Assembly: GCA_964016885.1 (NCBI GenBank)
Contig: OZ024744.1
Span: forward strand, 59,396,001 to 59,460,000
Reading direction: 5' to 3'
DNA: 64,000 nt
From: Eledone cirrhosa
Lineage: Eukaryota
Shown here: positions 1-11,736 of the stretch, piece by piece
Layout: each line of letters starts with the position of its first letter
Numbering within the stretch: position 1 is the first letter of the stretch
Notes under the pieces: generated by a model
Databases searched by the model: none
What the model saw: the letters and a program-made list of their open reading frames with translations, nothing else
Told to the model about the DNA's origin: nothing
Made by a program: the position numbers and the translations under genes

Positions 1-729
1 TACATACATACTTATATTTAAGCTTTGACGTTGAATGGCACCACTATGCAAAGAAGCCAGTTGGTATCCAGTACTGGATGGCACCGATACGAGGAGCCTA
101 ACCCATCTCACTGCGTAGCCATAGTTTCGTGGGCCAGTATCGAATGGCTCCACCATGATGAGGAACAGGCCAGTTGGCTCTGCCGAACCCATCTCACAGC
201 GTAACCATAGTTTAGGGGCATGATACTAGATGACGCTGCTATGAGTAAGGATAGGTGCAGAACTGCAGTATGAGAAGGGACAGGCGGATATGGTCGTGTT
301 GAACCCCTCCCACAGTGGTACACCAGTTTCGGAGCCGGGCACTCTCCATGCAACAAACCATTCTCAATACGAAACCACATTTTGGGAGCCTAGAACTGCG
401 TGGCACGACTATGAGGAGGGGCAGGCCAGTCGGCTGCGCCGAACCCTACACACAGCAGCCCCCAGTTTCGGAACTGGGCTCCTTTCCATGCCATGAGCCT
501 TTCTCAGTATGAAACCTCAGCCCTTCACAAGATCACATCTAACTTCTGGAGCACCGCACTGGATGACCGCAATGAAACTCTCGTGGACCTGCCATTAACC
601 TTGTTTGCGGTGTGGGGATGGGCGGCGCCATTTCGATCCGATTCCGGCGTTGAGGTGTTGGAATGGGTCTTTTGTTGAACATTGTAGCGTCAGAGGACTT
701 GGTCATGTGTCATCCCCATTGGGAGATTT

Positions 730-1562
730 AGTTGAGTCAGGTCTGACCTTATTGTTTCATCCCATGTCTTCCTGGGTCTTCCTCTCTTGCAACTCTTAAA
801 GCCCTACCCCTCTTCAAGCGCATCACATGACCATACTACTGCAGTCTTCCCTCTTGCCCACAACATTTGATCCCTCTCATACCTAGTTTCACTCGTAATA
901 CATTAACACTTTACCGTTCACGTACACTTCTGTTACACATCCATCTGCTCATATATGCTTCGTTTATTTCCAGCCTCCATAAGTCCTCGGTATGCAGAGC
1001 CCATGTTTCACTACTATCTTGCATTGCTGAGTGCACGCAGGCATCGTACAGCTTGCCTTTTATCTTAAGTGAGATACCCTTTGTAGTTAACAGCCGCAGC
1101 AGCTCCCTGACCTTTTCCCAACCTGTTCTTACTCTCACAACTGTACTTTCTGCACTGCCACCCCCGCAGCTGATTTGGTGCCCCAGAAGCTATCAACTAT
1201 TTCTATGTGGTCTTCTGTGCATTTGAAGGGGCATGCTACCTGAGGGTTTTTGCCTACCGTCCCTGCACGGTTAACATATGTAGTCTGTGTTTTTCACCAA
1301 TCTGCCTGTTTTCCCACTACATCACTTGTGTACCCACCGTCTGCATTTGGTGTACTGGATAGAGTTTCTGCCCACTCCTTTCTTACATACCAAACTAGGC
1401 CATTTTCCAGAAGGTATAACAGCTCTGTTTCCTCTACTGCTCAAAGGATTTTGGTCTTGGACAAGTTGATTTTGAGGCCTTTTGTTTCCAAGTTGTGCCT
1501 CCATCTCTGAATTTTATTCTTTAACTCTGCCATAGACTCAGCTATCAGGGTAAGGTCGTCGT
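730..1562 (-). mobile_element. RTE-clade LINE fragment (RT C-terminus), decayed
   Basis: ORF pieces 911-1138 (RVRTGWEKVRELL..KGKLYDACV..SETW) and 1322-1504 (GKWP..CKKGVGRNSI..KCRRWVHK); same family as 20960-22150 and 57170-58295. Confidence 0.85.
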
Positions 1563-2715
1563 TGTATAGCAATTGCCACAGTCAACGGATCGTAAATTCT
1601 TCCGTTAAATCAATAGAATTCAGCAACCCTGTGCGCATCGCCTTCATTGACTTCACAAAAGCTTTTGACAACATCAAACTACCCAGTTTGTGGCAACTCT
1701 TAAACAAAACCTTAATTAACAAGAAATACATCAACCTACTGAAAGAAACTAACACCAACTCAACAGTATATATCAAAACAGATTTGGGAACTACACGGTG
1801 TATAGACATATTGAAGGGGGAAGTACTATCAGCACTTCTTTTCTGTATAGTTATAATTGCACTTATTTGCCAAACTGAAGAAGAATGCTCCTCCGACTAT
1901 CAAATAGGAGATAAAAGCCTATCAAATCTTAGCTATGCAGACGATATGGCTATCATGAGTTACTCTACAACTGATCTGCAAGACTTTCTGAATGTACGGG
2001 CCAAACATTCGCTGGAGGCTGACTTACACATCAACATCTCCAAAACAAAGTGTATGACACCTGATAAAAACAATGCCAATCTCCAACAGACAACCAACAA
2101 ATTGCTCAAGTTACGGAGTTTGATGATAGTTTGTGACCGAGATATACAAAGAACAATGGAATGGTTGCTGCGCAGTATCGCATCGCTCTAGGCTGGGCAG
2201 CTTTCAACAAGAACAAGGAAGTACTAACATCAAAACGAGTTTCCTATCGTTTGAAGGCGAAGATCTTTGATACTTAGACGCTACCAGTTGTGTTATATGG
2301 TCCTGACTGTGTTAACTGGATGACAAGGTCACTTCAGAAGCTCTCTACATTCCAGAACCACATCATGAGACTTATGACTGGCAAGCGGCTCAGCGACCGT
2401 ATCCGTATCAGTGAGCTGCTCTACATCACCAGGTTTAGACCAATCACATCAGTTGTCAGGTCAAGAGTGTTTGAACTGTATAGTTATATCAAAATATAGT
2501 TATATCATCTCGTGGTGTGAGTAGGTTATGCCTAGAAGGAAAGTTGGCTGGTAAGAGAAGCAGAGGTCGGCAGCCAAAACGATGGCTTGACAATGTCAAC
2601 TTATAGACTGGACTTGACCATTGCTCCTTAAACTCTGCTATTGGTGATCACACATTGTGGAGAAAAATATCTCATGTTAATGCACAGTCTGCAACTGGCG
2701 GAGTTTAGTGTCTAG
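1562..2715 (+). mobile_element. Non-LTR retrotransposon RT fragment (RTE/RTE-X-like), decayed
   Basis: ORF 1562-2191 has FIDFTKAFD, LSALLF, LSYADD; downstream LYG..W and GKRSRGR-type C-terminal motifs. Confidence 0.85.
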
Positions 2716-2719
2716 AGAA

Positions 2720-2761
<42 letters not shown>

Positions 2762-2890
2762 ATACTTGGGGAGGGTCATATTTGTGTAATATTGCCAGAA
2801 TTAATAATTCATTTGGGGAGGGTCATATTTGTGTAATATTGCCAGAAAAACTAATTCATCGCCGCTATATATATATATATATATATATAT

Positions 2891-3152
2891 TGGAAAATGT
2901 GTGTAATCCTTGGTACAGTTAGGTATATTAAGACAGGGGGGAAGAAAAAAACGGCTTCACTTGTGCTTTCAACAAATTTATTTTCTTCACAAAATCCAAA
3001 AAGAATTTATTTCCGGATTAGAAAAATTTTTTGTTTTTTTCTAATCCGGAAAAAATAAAATTTCTAATCCGGAAAAAAATTCTGTTTGGATTTTGTGAAG
3101 AAAATAAATTTGTTGAAAGCACAAGTGAAGCCATTTTTTCTTCCCCCCTGTC

Positions 3153-3158
<6 letters not shown>
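2891..3158 (-). repeat. Fold-back element in (TA)n (arms about 2926-3025 and 3060-3158, plus unpaired tail 2891-2925)
   Basis: tattaagacagggggg...ccggattagaaa is the reverse complement of tttctaatccgg...ccccctgtcttaata; AATAAA in the arm; (TA)n on both sides. Confidence 0.8.
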
Positions 3159-3204
<46 letters not shown>

Positions 3205-3931
3205 CCTCTCTTCTCTATAAGCCTTATATATCTTTTATTGGGCTGATAGTGTTCAGTTTAAGGAATTGCAGAAACCCAAGAAGCTAGATTTAACATCATT
3301 CTAGCGGGTCCGGGTAAGTTTTACATTCATTTAATTTATTAATTTATTGATATTTTATTTGAGTGACCCGAATCTTCCTGGTCGTTTATTTTCGGCTGCA
3401 TGGGTGATTTTAGGCATGATCTCTATGTGTTGGTATTTTAACGATAGTTATAGCTCTGATTTTTCCAAATTATTGAGCCCTCTGCCACATATATCGGATG
3501 TTGTTTATCGTGATTTCGTGGGCTGATATTCCGATTCTCGATTATTCTACTATATATATATATATATATTTGAAAAAAGGAAAAGAATGACTTCACTTGT
3601 AGTTCTAAACAATTTGATTTAATTTTATAATATTATAATATCATGAGTTGGTAGATCTAGTAAGTTCTTTGTTAACTTCGGTGGGAAGATTTTTAAAGAT
3701 TCCTGGTTAACTTTCCTGGAGAACTTTCTCGCATTCGTTGGTGGCGATTGTCAAACTGAGATTGTGTTGTGTTGTTATGTGTGACTATATATAAGAGAAA
3801 TTTGGATGTGTCTGGGGTGTGGGTGGGGTGTTAATGAGTGTGGAAGTGAAGGAGTGTTGATGAAGATTTAAAGGAATTAAAGCATACACATATACACACA
3901 TACATATATATATATACACATATATACATAT

Positions 3932-5485
3932 CTAGGGCGGGTAAAATTCCCGAGATCCATGGACGAGTTCTCTCCAGCGGTCTCTGTCCCTTATCATTGC
4001 TGCCATGTCCTGTGTCTCCCAGAGACCAGTGTCTGTCCTTAGGGCATCAACATACGTTAACCTTCGTCTTCCTCTTCCAGTGTGTCCATGCAGGGGCTCC
4101 CACAGGAACACCGAGTGCAGTGTCAACTCGGGATGTCGGTGAGCATGTCCAGCTAACCTCAATCTCCTCTGAGGCACTTTTGAGCTGAATTTTGGGAGGC
4201 TCCCTTACAGCTCTGAGTTTTTCATCTTCAGTGTATACTGATAAATGTTCAGAGCCATCCTCAGCATTCTCGTGTAGCACCCATCCACCATCTGAGTGAG
4301 ATTCTTGGTCAGTGTCCAAGTCTCAGACCCGTGCAGCAGCACAGACTCCACTACAGCAATGAAGAGGCGGATCTTCAGGTCTTTACGAAGATCCGACTTC
4401 CACACCGATCTCAAACTGTGGCACGCCGTCCATGCTTTGCTCCTCCTCTCGACCACATCATCTTCTGTATTCCAAATCTTCGCTCCCAGATACAGGAAAT
4501 CCTCAACCAACTCTAGTGGCTTCCCGCCTACATTAGTAATCTTCTCTGGCTTCTTAATATTCTCTACCAGATATTTTGTTTTAGTCTCATTCATTCTCAG
4601 CCCCACACTCATCGACACAGTCTCCACCTCCCGCATCAAATCCTCTGACTCCTTCACTGTGTTTGTCCCCAAATCTATGTCGTTAGCAAATTCAGCTTCT
4701 GATATCTTTTTCGCCTTAACTCTCCTGCTCTGAGCCAGTGTTACAGTAAAGCCAGAGTCCTGGTGTTTCTCCAGTGCAAGGCGCATACAATAGCCCACTA
4801 TGATGATAAAAAGGTAGGGAGCCAATGTATCTCCCTGGAGCACTCCAGCCAGTATCTCAAAGAACTCCGTCATCCCATCAGGTGTAATGACTTGGGCTTT
4901 GGTGTTGGTGTAGAGCAGTGATATCAGGTCCACTATCCTCTTGGGGATTCTATAAACCTGTAACATCTTCATCAGGCAATGACGGTCCACAGAATCAAAG
5001 GCCTTCCTAAAGTCAATGAAAACCATGACTGCAGCAAGGCACTTTGCTCTAGCTCCCTCTAATATCCTCCTCAGCATCAGGATGTGACTGGTGGTTGATC
5101 TTCCCTCTCTGAAGCCGTTCTGGTTGTCCCTGAGCTTCTTCTCCATCTCGGGCTGGGTCCTGTTAAGAATCATCCTGTTGAGGGTCTTTGCCACAAGTGA
5201 CGTCAGTGAGATCCCCCGGTAGTTGTTGGTGTCAAAGAGATCTCCCTTCTTTAGCACTAGGACGATGTTACTGATCCTCCACTGATTCGGGGCAACTCCC
5301 TTCTCCAGTGCTTGGTTACAGAACCCCAGGATGATATCATCAAAATTACACCTCTTCATCACCTCTGATGCTACTCCATCTTCTCCATAAGCCTTGCCAT
5401 CATTGATCTTCTTCTTGGCTCTCTGAAGCTCCTCTCTGGTGAAGGGTCTTGTCTCAATATCCAGTTCCTCAAACTGCCGCCTGTT
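3932..5485 (-). mobile_element. RTE-X-like LINE, 5'-truncated RT and C-terminus
   Basis: 428-aa ORF: KKGD..NYRGISL, NQNGFREGRST, FIDFRKAFDSV, GVLQGDTLAPYLF, FAND (degenerate YADD); C-terminal RRLRLAGH..LWEP. Confidence 0.93.
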
Positions 5486-5489
5486 ACAC

Positions 5490-5848
5490 ACAAAATGGTG
5501 AATGGTGACAGCAAGATAATTGATTGGGAGTGCTGTTGGGTTTTTTTTTAAGAGTGTTTAAGAAAGGGCTGTAAAAGTGCCGTCCTGCTGGTTCCATTTC
5601 AATAAAAAAAATTTTTTTGAAATACACAGTCCACTCTGTAATGTGGTCATGCAGGTAACACGGTAAAAAGCTCCCAGTCCACACTGTAAACGTGGTTGGT
5701 GTTAGGAAGGGCATCTAGCCGTAGAAAACCTGCCAGATAGTCCTATACGAGCGAGACACGGTCACCCGACCAATCTTGCCTCAAATGGGACAATTCTCGT
5801 CTAACCCATACTAGCGTGGAAGATAGACGTTAAACGATGATGATGATG
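5490..5848 (+). mobile_element. RTE LINE 3' UTR remnant ending in (GAT)n
   Basis: acacggtaaaaagctcccagtccacactgt and gacgttaaacgatgatgatg match the 3' ends at 58160-58295 and 20960-21180. Confidence 0.7.
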
Positions 5849-6319
5849 TTTTTCAAATTCGTTTCTTATAGCTGAATCAAGTCTCTTAAATTTATAAAGA
5901 ATACCTTCAGCAATTTTCTATATTAAAGATGAATCTAGGTGTGTGTCTGGTGTTGGTGGGGGGAGGGGGGGGGGTTAATAAGGTGTAAGATACATGTCTT
6001 TTGATAAGAATAGGATGACAGCAAAGAGAAGAATAAGGATAGTTTTGGATATTTGTCAGAAATGTATGTTGTTGATATTGGTTTGGGAGGGGAAGTGTGA
6101 GGAGGGACATGCTAGCTCCCATATTTGCTTCCCTACATGTAAACATACTTACAGCCCATATATATTACATACATACACACACACATACACACACATATAA
6201 ATACATATATATATACACACACACACATATATATATAGATATATATATACATATATAAGAATTAACTCTTCTGTCCTGTTTATTCATTTTCTACAGCTAC
6301 TAACCTCGCTTCATTTCAT

Positions 6320-6350
<31 letters not shown>

Positions 6351-6351
6351 G

Positions 6352-6399
<48 letters not shown>

Positions 6400-6724
6400 G
6401 TGAGATTTTCTTTAGAACTGCTGGACTAGCAACCTAGCAGCTCCCTCAAACACTGATGGTGATTATCACTAAATATTGATGTTGATTTGGTTATCAATAT
6501 TAATATTATTGGGTTACCCACTGAAGATTTATAAGAGCCCACTTGAATAAGTATCTGTTGATCTTATACAAGCTTCTACATAACTTGGTATATTTTCACC
6601 CAACTTGTAGAAATCTTATGAAACGAGTCGTTTGGGAAATGATATATCTCATATGAAATAATACAGCCAATTATCCACAATACAATATAGTTAGCACCCA
6701 AACGTTTAATTGGGAATATACTCA

Positions 6725-6890
6725 CGCTTCGACAGCTATTTCTGGGCTATTTAGTCCAGAAATAGCCGTCGAAACGGCTTGAGCTCTGCTATCGGGGTCA
6801 TACCTTTTCCTATTACCCACTATACTACCCTAAGTATTGAGTACTCTGGTGCGTTATGGTCCATCTGGTTCCTTACCACATCTCCTTCGT

Positions 6891-6894
<4 letters not shown>
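6725..6894 (+). mobile_element. Truncated 3' end of the hammerhead-bearing family seen at 46610-47609
   Basis: ttagtccagaaatagccgtcGAAAcggcttgagctc...ccttcgttata shared with 26195-26335 and 46610-46760; short inverted piece at the 5' side. Confidence 0.75.
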
Positions 6895-6930
<36 letters not shown>

Positions 6931-6933
<3 letters not shown>

Positions 6934-7689
6934 AAAAAGAGATGAAATCGAAAATGCAACTGGAGTCTTATTTTTTTTTTAAATATATATATTTATTTGG
7001 TTCTTTTACCGGTTTCGCAGTTCTTCTGCTTTTCAAAAGGTGAGTTGAGATGGAGGGTCTGTGGTTTTTCTCACATCTGGTTGGTCTCTGAATGTTACTT
7101 GTTTTATATGGAAAAAGTGGCTCGAAATGCCAGGTTTTTCGAGAAAGTAATTTGATTGGTTTGTCAATAATTATAATAAATTTCGCGCCAGTTCGCGTTA
7201 CAATAGTTCTTCAAATAAGAGGGGGGGGGGGGGGGGGTTGTCACAGGTTGTTTTAAAAAAAAGCCTTCGTGAGCCTCCTTTTTTCAAGTAAAAAGAAATT
7301 CAAACACTCATATATGAAAAAACAACCTGTGACAAACTCCCCCCCCCTCTTATTTGAAGAACTATTGTAACGCGAACTGGCGCGAAATTTATTATAATTA
7401 TTGACAAACCAATCAAATTACTTCTCGAAAAACCTGGCATTTCGAGCCACTTTTTCCATATAAAACAAGTAACATTCAGAGACCAACCAGATGTGAGAAA
7501 AACCACAGATCCTCCATCTCAACTCACCTTTTGAAAAGCAGAAGAACTGCGAAACCGGTAAAAGAACCAAATAAATATATATACTTTTAAAAAAAATAAG
7601 ACTCCAGTTGCATTTTCGATTTCATCTCTTTCATTTCACTCGTGTAGGACACGGTTATTTTTCATTTTGTAAAAAAAACCTCACTTTCT

Positions 7690-7690
<1 letters not shown>
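6931..7690 (+). mobile_element. Fold-back PLE pseudo-LTR-like element (arms about 6931-7255 and 7318-7633, tail to 7690) in (TA)n
   Basis: About 320-bp near-identical inverted arms, each with a hammerhead-like core followed by AATAAA. Confidence 0.8.
7527..7564 (+). ncRNA. Minimal hammerhead-like motif with U3:A8 core (mirror copy 7003-7040 on minus)
   Basis: cctt TTGAAAA gcag-aagaa-ctgc GAAA ccgg TA aaag; palindromic stem III ACCGGT; stem I weak. Confidence 0.55.
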
Positions 7691-7867
<177 letters not shown>

Positions 7868-7931
7868 ACAGAAGCGAAAACCAATCCAAACCAAACGGTG
7901 TGTTTTTTTATTATTATTTCCGGCAATATTA

Positions 7932-7976
<45 letters not shown>

Positions 7977-7979
<3 letters not shown>

Positions 7980-8759
7980 TTAGTTAAGCAAAACAAGACC
8001 ACAAATTTCACAAGGAAGACATTATTAAAAGATTGTCAACATATTTTAGTTTGATGTAAGGAATGTAGAGAATAATGATAATAATATTAATAATAATAAT
8101 GTCCGTTTACAATTGTTTCGCTACTCCATATAATATTTCTGGATCAAATGATTATATATCATTATGGATCTGGTTCAGTTGAAAATAATTAACATAGGTA
8201 AAGATAGAGCAGCTCATCGGAACTTCAAAAGGAATATAAATTAAAATAAGGAAAGAATGTTACATAAAGGTAATGTTCCATACATTGGTATTTCACTATG
8301 GTGTCCTGCGTATATCAATTGTCTGCCATAGTCGAGCAGTATTCTTCAGATTATGGCAGACAATTGATATACCCAGTTAACTTTGCCTTTCATCCTTCCG
8401 GGGTCGATAGAATAAAGTACCAGTAATGCATTGGTTAATTGCTGGCCTTGTGCCAAAAGTAGAAACAATTATTATTAATATTATTATTATTATTCTCTAC
8501 ATTCCTTACATCAAACTAAAGTATGTTGACAATCTTTTAATAATGTCTTCCTTGTGAAATTTGTGGTCTTGTTTTGCTTAACTAATGAATATTTCCAGCT
8601 CTGTGCACCTAACCTCTGCATGAACCCAGTCATCTAGCTGCTTTCCACTGCATATTGCACATTGAGCACATGCCTTTATGCTTTGGCTTCTAACTAATTC
8701 ACCAATCTCTCCCCTCCTATCTCCATCTCTCTCGTTAAGATTGGTTACTCTTGAACTGA

Positions 8760-8762
<3 letters not shown>
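7977..8762. mobile_element. Fold-back pseudo-LTR of the PLE family at 9577-14438, with an internal SINE fragment (8371-8468)
   Basis: 7977-8095 is the inverse of 8468-8590; 8100-8330 matches 11610-11890; hammerhead at 8105-8223 (minus) has a mutated core CCGATGA. Confidence 0.75.
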
Positions 8763-8801
<39 letters not shown>

Positions 8802-8804
<3 letters not shown>

Positions 8805-9411
8805 AATAAACGTGCTGCGTGGTTGCTAATGGGTTACATATGAATAAAGTTAGTCCTTCGTCAGTGATCTTCCAACCATCATTGGTATTTCATCGCTTTA
8901 AAGACTATATACTTCCGGTTGGTGCGAGCAACGGCTAAAAAAAGTCGTTGGGACACGTAAATAAAGGGGACATGAGAGTGTAAACAAACAAAGATGGTGA
9001 AGCAACGAAAAGTGAGGAAGAAAGAATCAAGTCCCAAATTTCCATGAATATAAGTTCGGTGAAATCGTGAACGAGAGAGAATAAAGACCATCAAACCTGG
9101 TTGGAATGTGAGCAACGAAGGAATTCCGTACAGGTCTAACGGGAGGAAGAAGGAATCTAGTCTGTGAATTCGGTGAACGTAAGTTTTCACCGAACTTATA
9201 TTCATGGAAATTTGGGACTTGATTCTTTCTTCCTCACTTTTCGTTGCTTCACCATCTTTGTTTGTTTACACTCTCGTGTCCCCTTTATTTACGTGTCCCA
9301 ACGACTTTTTTTAGCCGTTGCTCGCACCAACCGGAGGTATATGGTCTTTAAAGCGATGAAATACCAATGATGGCTGGAAGATAACTGATGAAGGACTAAC
9401 TTTATTCATAT
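8802..9411. repeat. Fold-back element in (TA)n (arms about 8838-9064 and 9186-9411, tail 8802-8837)
   Basis: The same text translates on both strands (ORFs 8879-9205 minus and 9164-9370 plus); terminal motif tgaaggactaac is shared with the PLE 3' end near 49820. Confidence 0.85.
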
Positions 9412-9492
9412 ATATATATATATATATATATATTGTACTATACATAGATCATTCTTTTTTCCTTTACCTTTTCTACGGAAATCCATAACGTG

Positions 9493-9580
<88 letters not shown>

Positions 9581-9694
9581 TTAGTTAAGCAAAGACAAGA
9601 CCACAAATTTCACAAGGAAGACATTATTTAAAGAAAGTCAACATAGTTTAAGTATATGTGAGGAATAAGGAGTGTAATTATAATTTAATGTAAG

Positions 9695-9754
<60 letters not shown>

Positions 9755-9830
9755 GGAGCGTGATTATAATAATAAGGAGCGTGATTATAATTTAATGTAA
9801 GGAATAATAATAATAATAATAATAATAATA

Positions 9831-11284
9831 GGTGTTTGTGAAGGAGACGGAATCAAGCACTCGACAATGAGGGAAAGAATAAGGAAGGAATGTTACCGCA
9901 GAGTAAGAGCAATCTTAAGAACGGAATTGAATGCAAGGAATAGGATCGATGCCATAAACACGCTTGCCATACCAGTAGTAACCTACAGTTACAATGTCAT
10001 CAACTGGTCAAGCACAGAGATCCGTAGGCTCGATACAAAAATTCGAAAATTCTTAACCATGCACAGAATGCATCACCCTAAGGCAGATATAGATAGAATA
10101 TATCTCCCTAGGAAAGAAGGAGGACATTGCGTTGAAAACTGCAACAATTGGATTATCCACATATCTAAGGAAATCACATGATTGGATGATCAAACTCGTT
10201 TTGAAACACGAAAGCATCAAAAGATCATATTCCATTACAAAAGATGCACAAAGATACAGTAATGGACTACAAATTTCAGAAGTCCCATTTACTGCTGAAA
10301 TGGAAAACACAGAAAAAGCAAAGCAGGTAAAAGTAACTGCAAAGAAAGAACTGCTACAGAAACTGGCTAAGAAATGGCAAGAAAGGCCTCTGTATGGAAA
10401 ATACCCAGAACGAGCTAACAATCCTGATGTTGACAAAACTTTAATCCATCAGTGGTTGGCATCCTCTGGACTGAAATCGGAGACTGAAGGACTGATTATA
10501 TCAGCACAAGATCAGTGTCTGCCAACAAAAAATTACCAAGCCAACATAATAAAAAATGGATGCAGCCCATTATGCCGTGTATGCAAAAAACAACCAGAGA
10601 CCATTGACCATATAATTTCAATGTGCAGTCCTATAGCTCCAACCGAATACCTAAACAGGCATGACAGAGCTGCACAATACATACATTGGATAATGTGTAA
10701 GCATTTTGACCTGTCCCATCAAAAGAATTGGTGGGAGCATCAACCACCTCCCATACTTGAAAAAGATCACATCTCAATCTTGTGGAACTTTAGCATCCAA
10801 ACAGACCGAAAAATAGATGCAAATAGACCTAATATAATATTGAAGGACTTTAAAAAGAGGGTATGCCTGCTAATTGATATGTCTGTTCCAATAGACAAGA
10901 ATGTATCTATAAAAACATTTGAAAAATTGAGCAAGTATAAGGACCTGGAGATAGAAATTGGAAAAATGTGGAAATTGAGAACTAAAACAATACCAGTGGT
11001 TATAGGCGCTCTGGGAATGATACCTAAGGGGTCTAATGATTACTTATCGCAAATCCCAGGAAACCCGCGTATAGGAGAAATACAAAAGATAGTACTAATG
11101 GGAACTGCCCATATACTAAGGAAGATTCTGTCAATATAAGTACATCACAAGTCTAAACACTAAAGATGCATGTGTGAATATGTATGTTCTTTCTTGAACA
11201 TGGCGGACCTTGTTGTCTCTTGAGGTCACTGGTTGTGACTTGGTGATAACTCGTATGAACATAAAGCAAGATAAATGCAACTGT
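9831..11284 (+). mobile_element. R4/Dong-clade non-LTR retrotransposon, 5'-truncated, in (TAA)n
   Basis: LYLPRKEGG-like motif, CRVC..ETIDHIISMC zinc knuckle, RHD, RPNII..LIDMSVP..KLSKY restriction-like endonuclease; (TAA)n on both sides. Confidence 0.92.
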
Positions 11285-11336
11285 AATAATAATAATAATA
11301 ATAATAATAAGGAGTGTGATTATAATTTAATGTAAA

Positions 11337-11393
<57 letters not shown>

Positions 11394-11419
11394 GGAGTGT
11401 GATTATAGTTTAATGTAAG

Positions 11420-11485
<66 letters not shown>

Positions 11486-11511
11486 GGAGTGTGATTATAG
11501 TTTAATGTAAG

Positions 11512-11559
<48 letters not shown>

Positions 11560-11610
11560 GGAGTGTGATTATAGTTTAATGTAAGGAATGTTAATAATGA
11601 TAATAATAAT
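11285..11610. repeat. Compound minisatellite: (TAA)n interspersed with ggagtgtgattatagtttaatgtaagga; same unit at 9667-9830
   Basis: Four copies right of the Dong insertion and three (one partial) to its left. Confidence 0.9.
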
Positions 11611-11614
11611 GTTC

Positions 11615-11736
11615 GTTTACAATTGTTTCGCTACTCCATATAATGTTTCTGGATCAAGTGATTATAGATAATTATTGATCTGGTTCAGATGAAGATAAGT
11701 AACTTAGGTAAAAAAAATGGAGCGGCTCTTCAGAAC
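11615..11736 (-). ncRNA. Type I hammerhead ribozyme in the PLE 3' pseudo-LTR
   Basis: Minus strand: gtt CTGAAGA gccgctccat..atggagtagc GAAA caattg TA aac; palindromic stem III ACAATTGT. Confidence 0.8.

Noticed and set aside
100-720. GC-richer region with weak internal repeats and overlapping short ORFs
   Set aside because: No recognisable domain; probably retroelement UTR but not assignable
6535-6640. Hammerhead-like CTGAAGA (about 6522)..GAAACGAGTC
   Set aside because: Stems I and II are out of register; at best a decayed copy
9375-9411. CTGATGA as a hammerhead core
   Set aside because: No closing stem II or GAAA follows; tgaaggactaac appears to be a shared terminal motif
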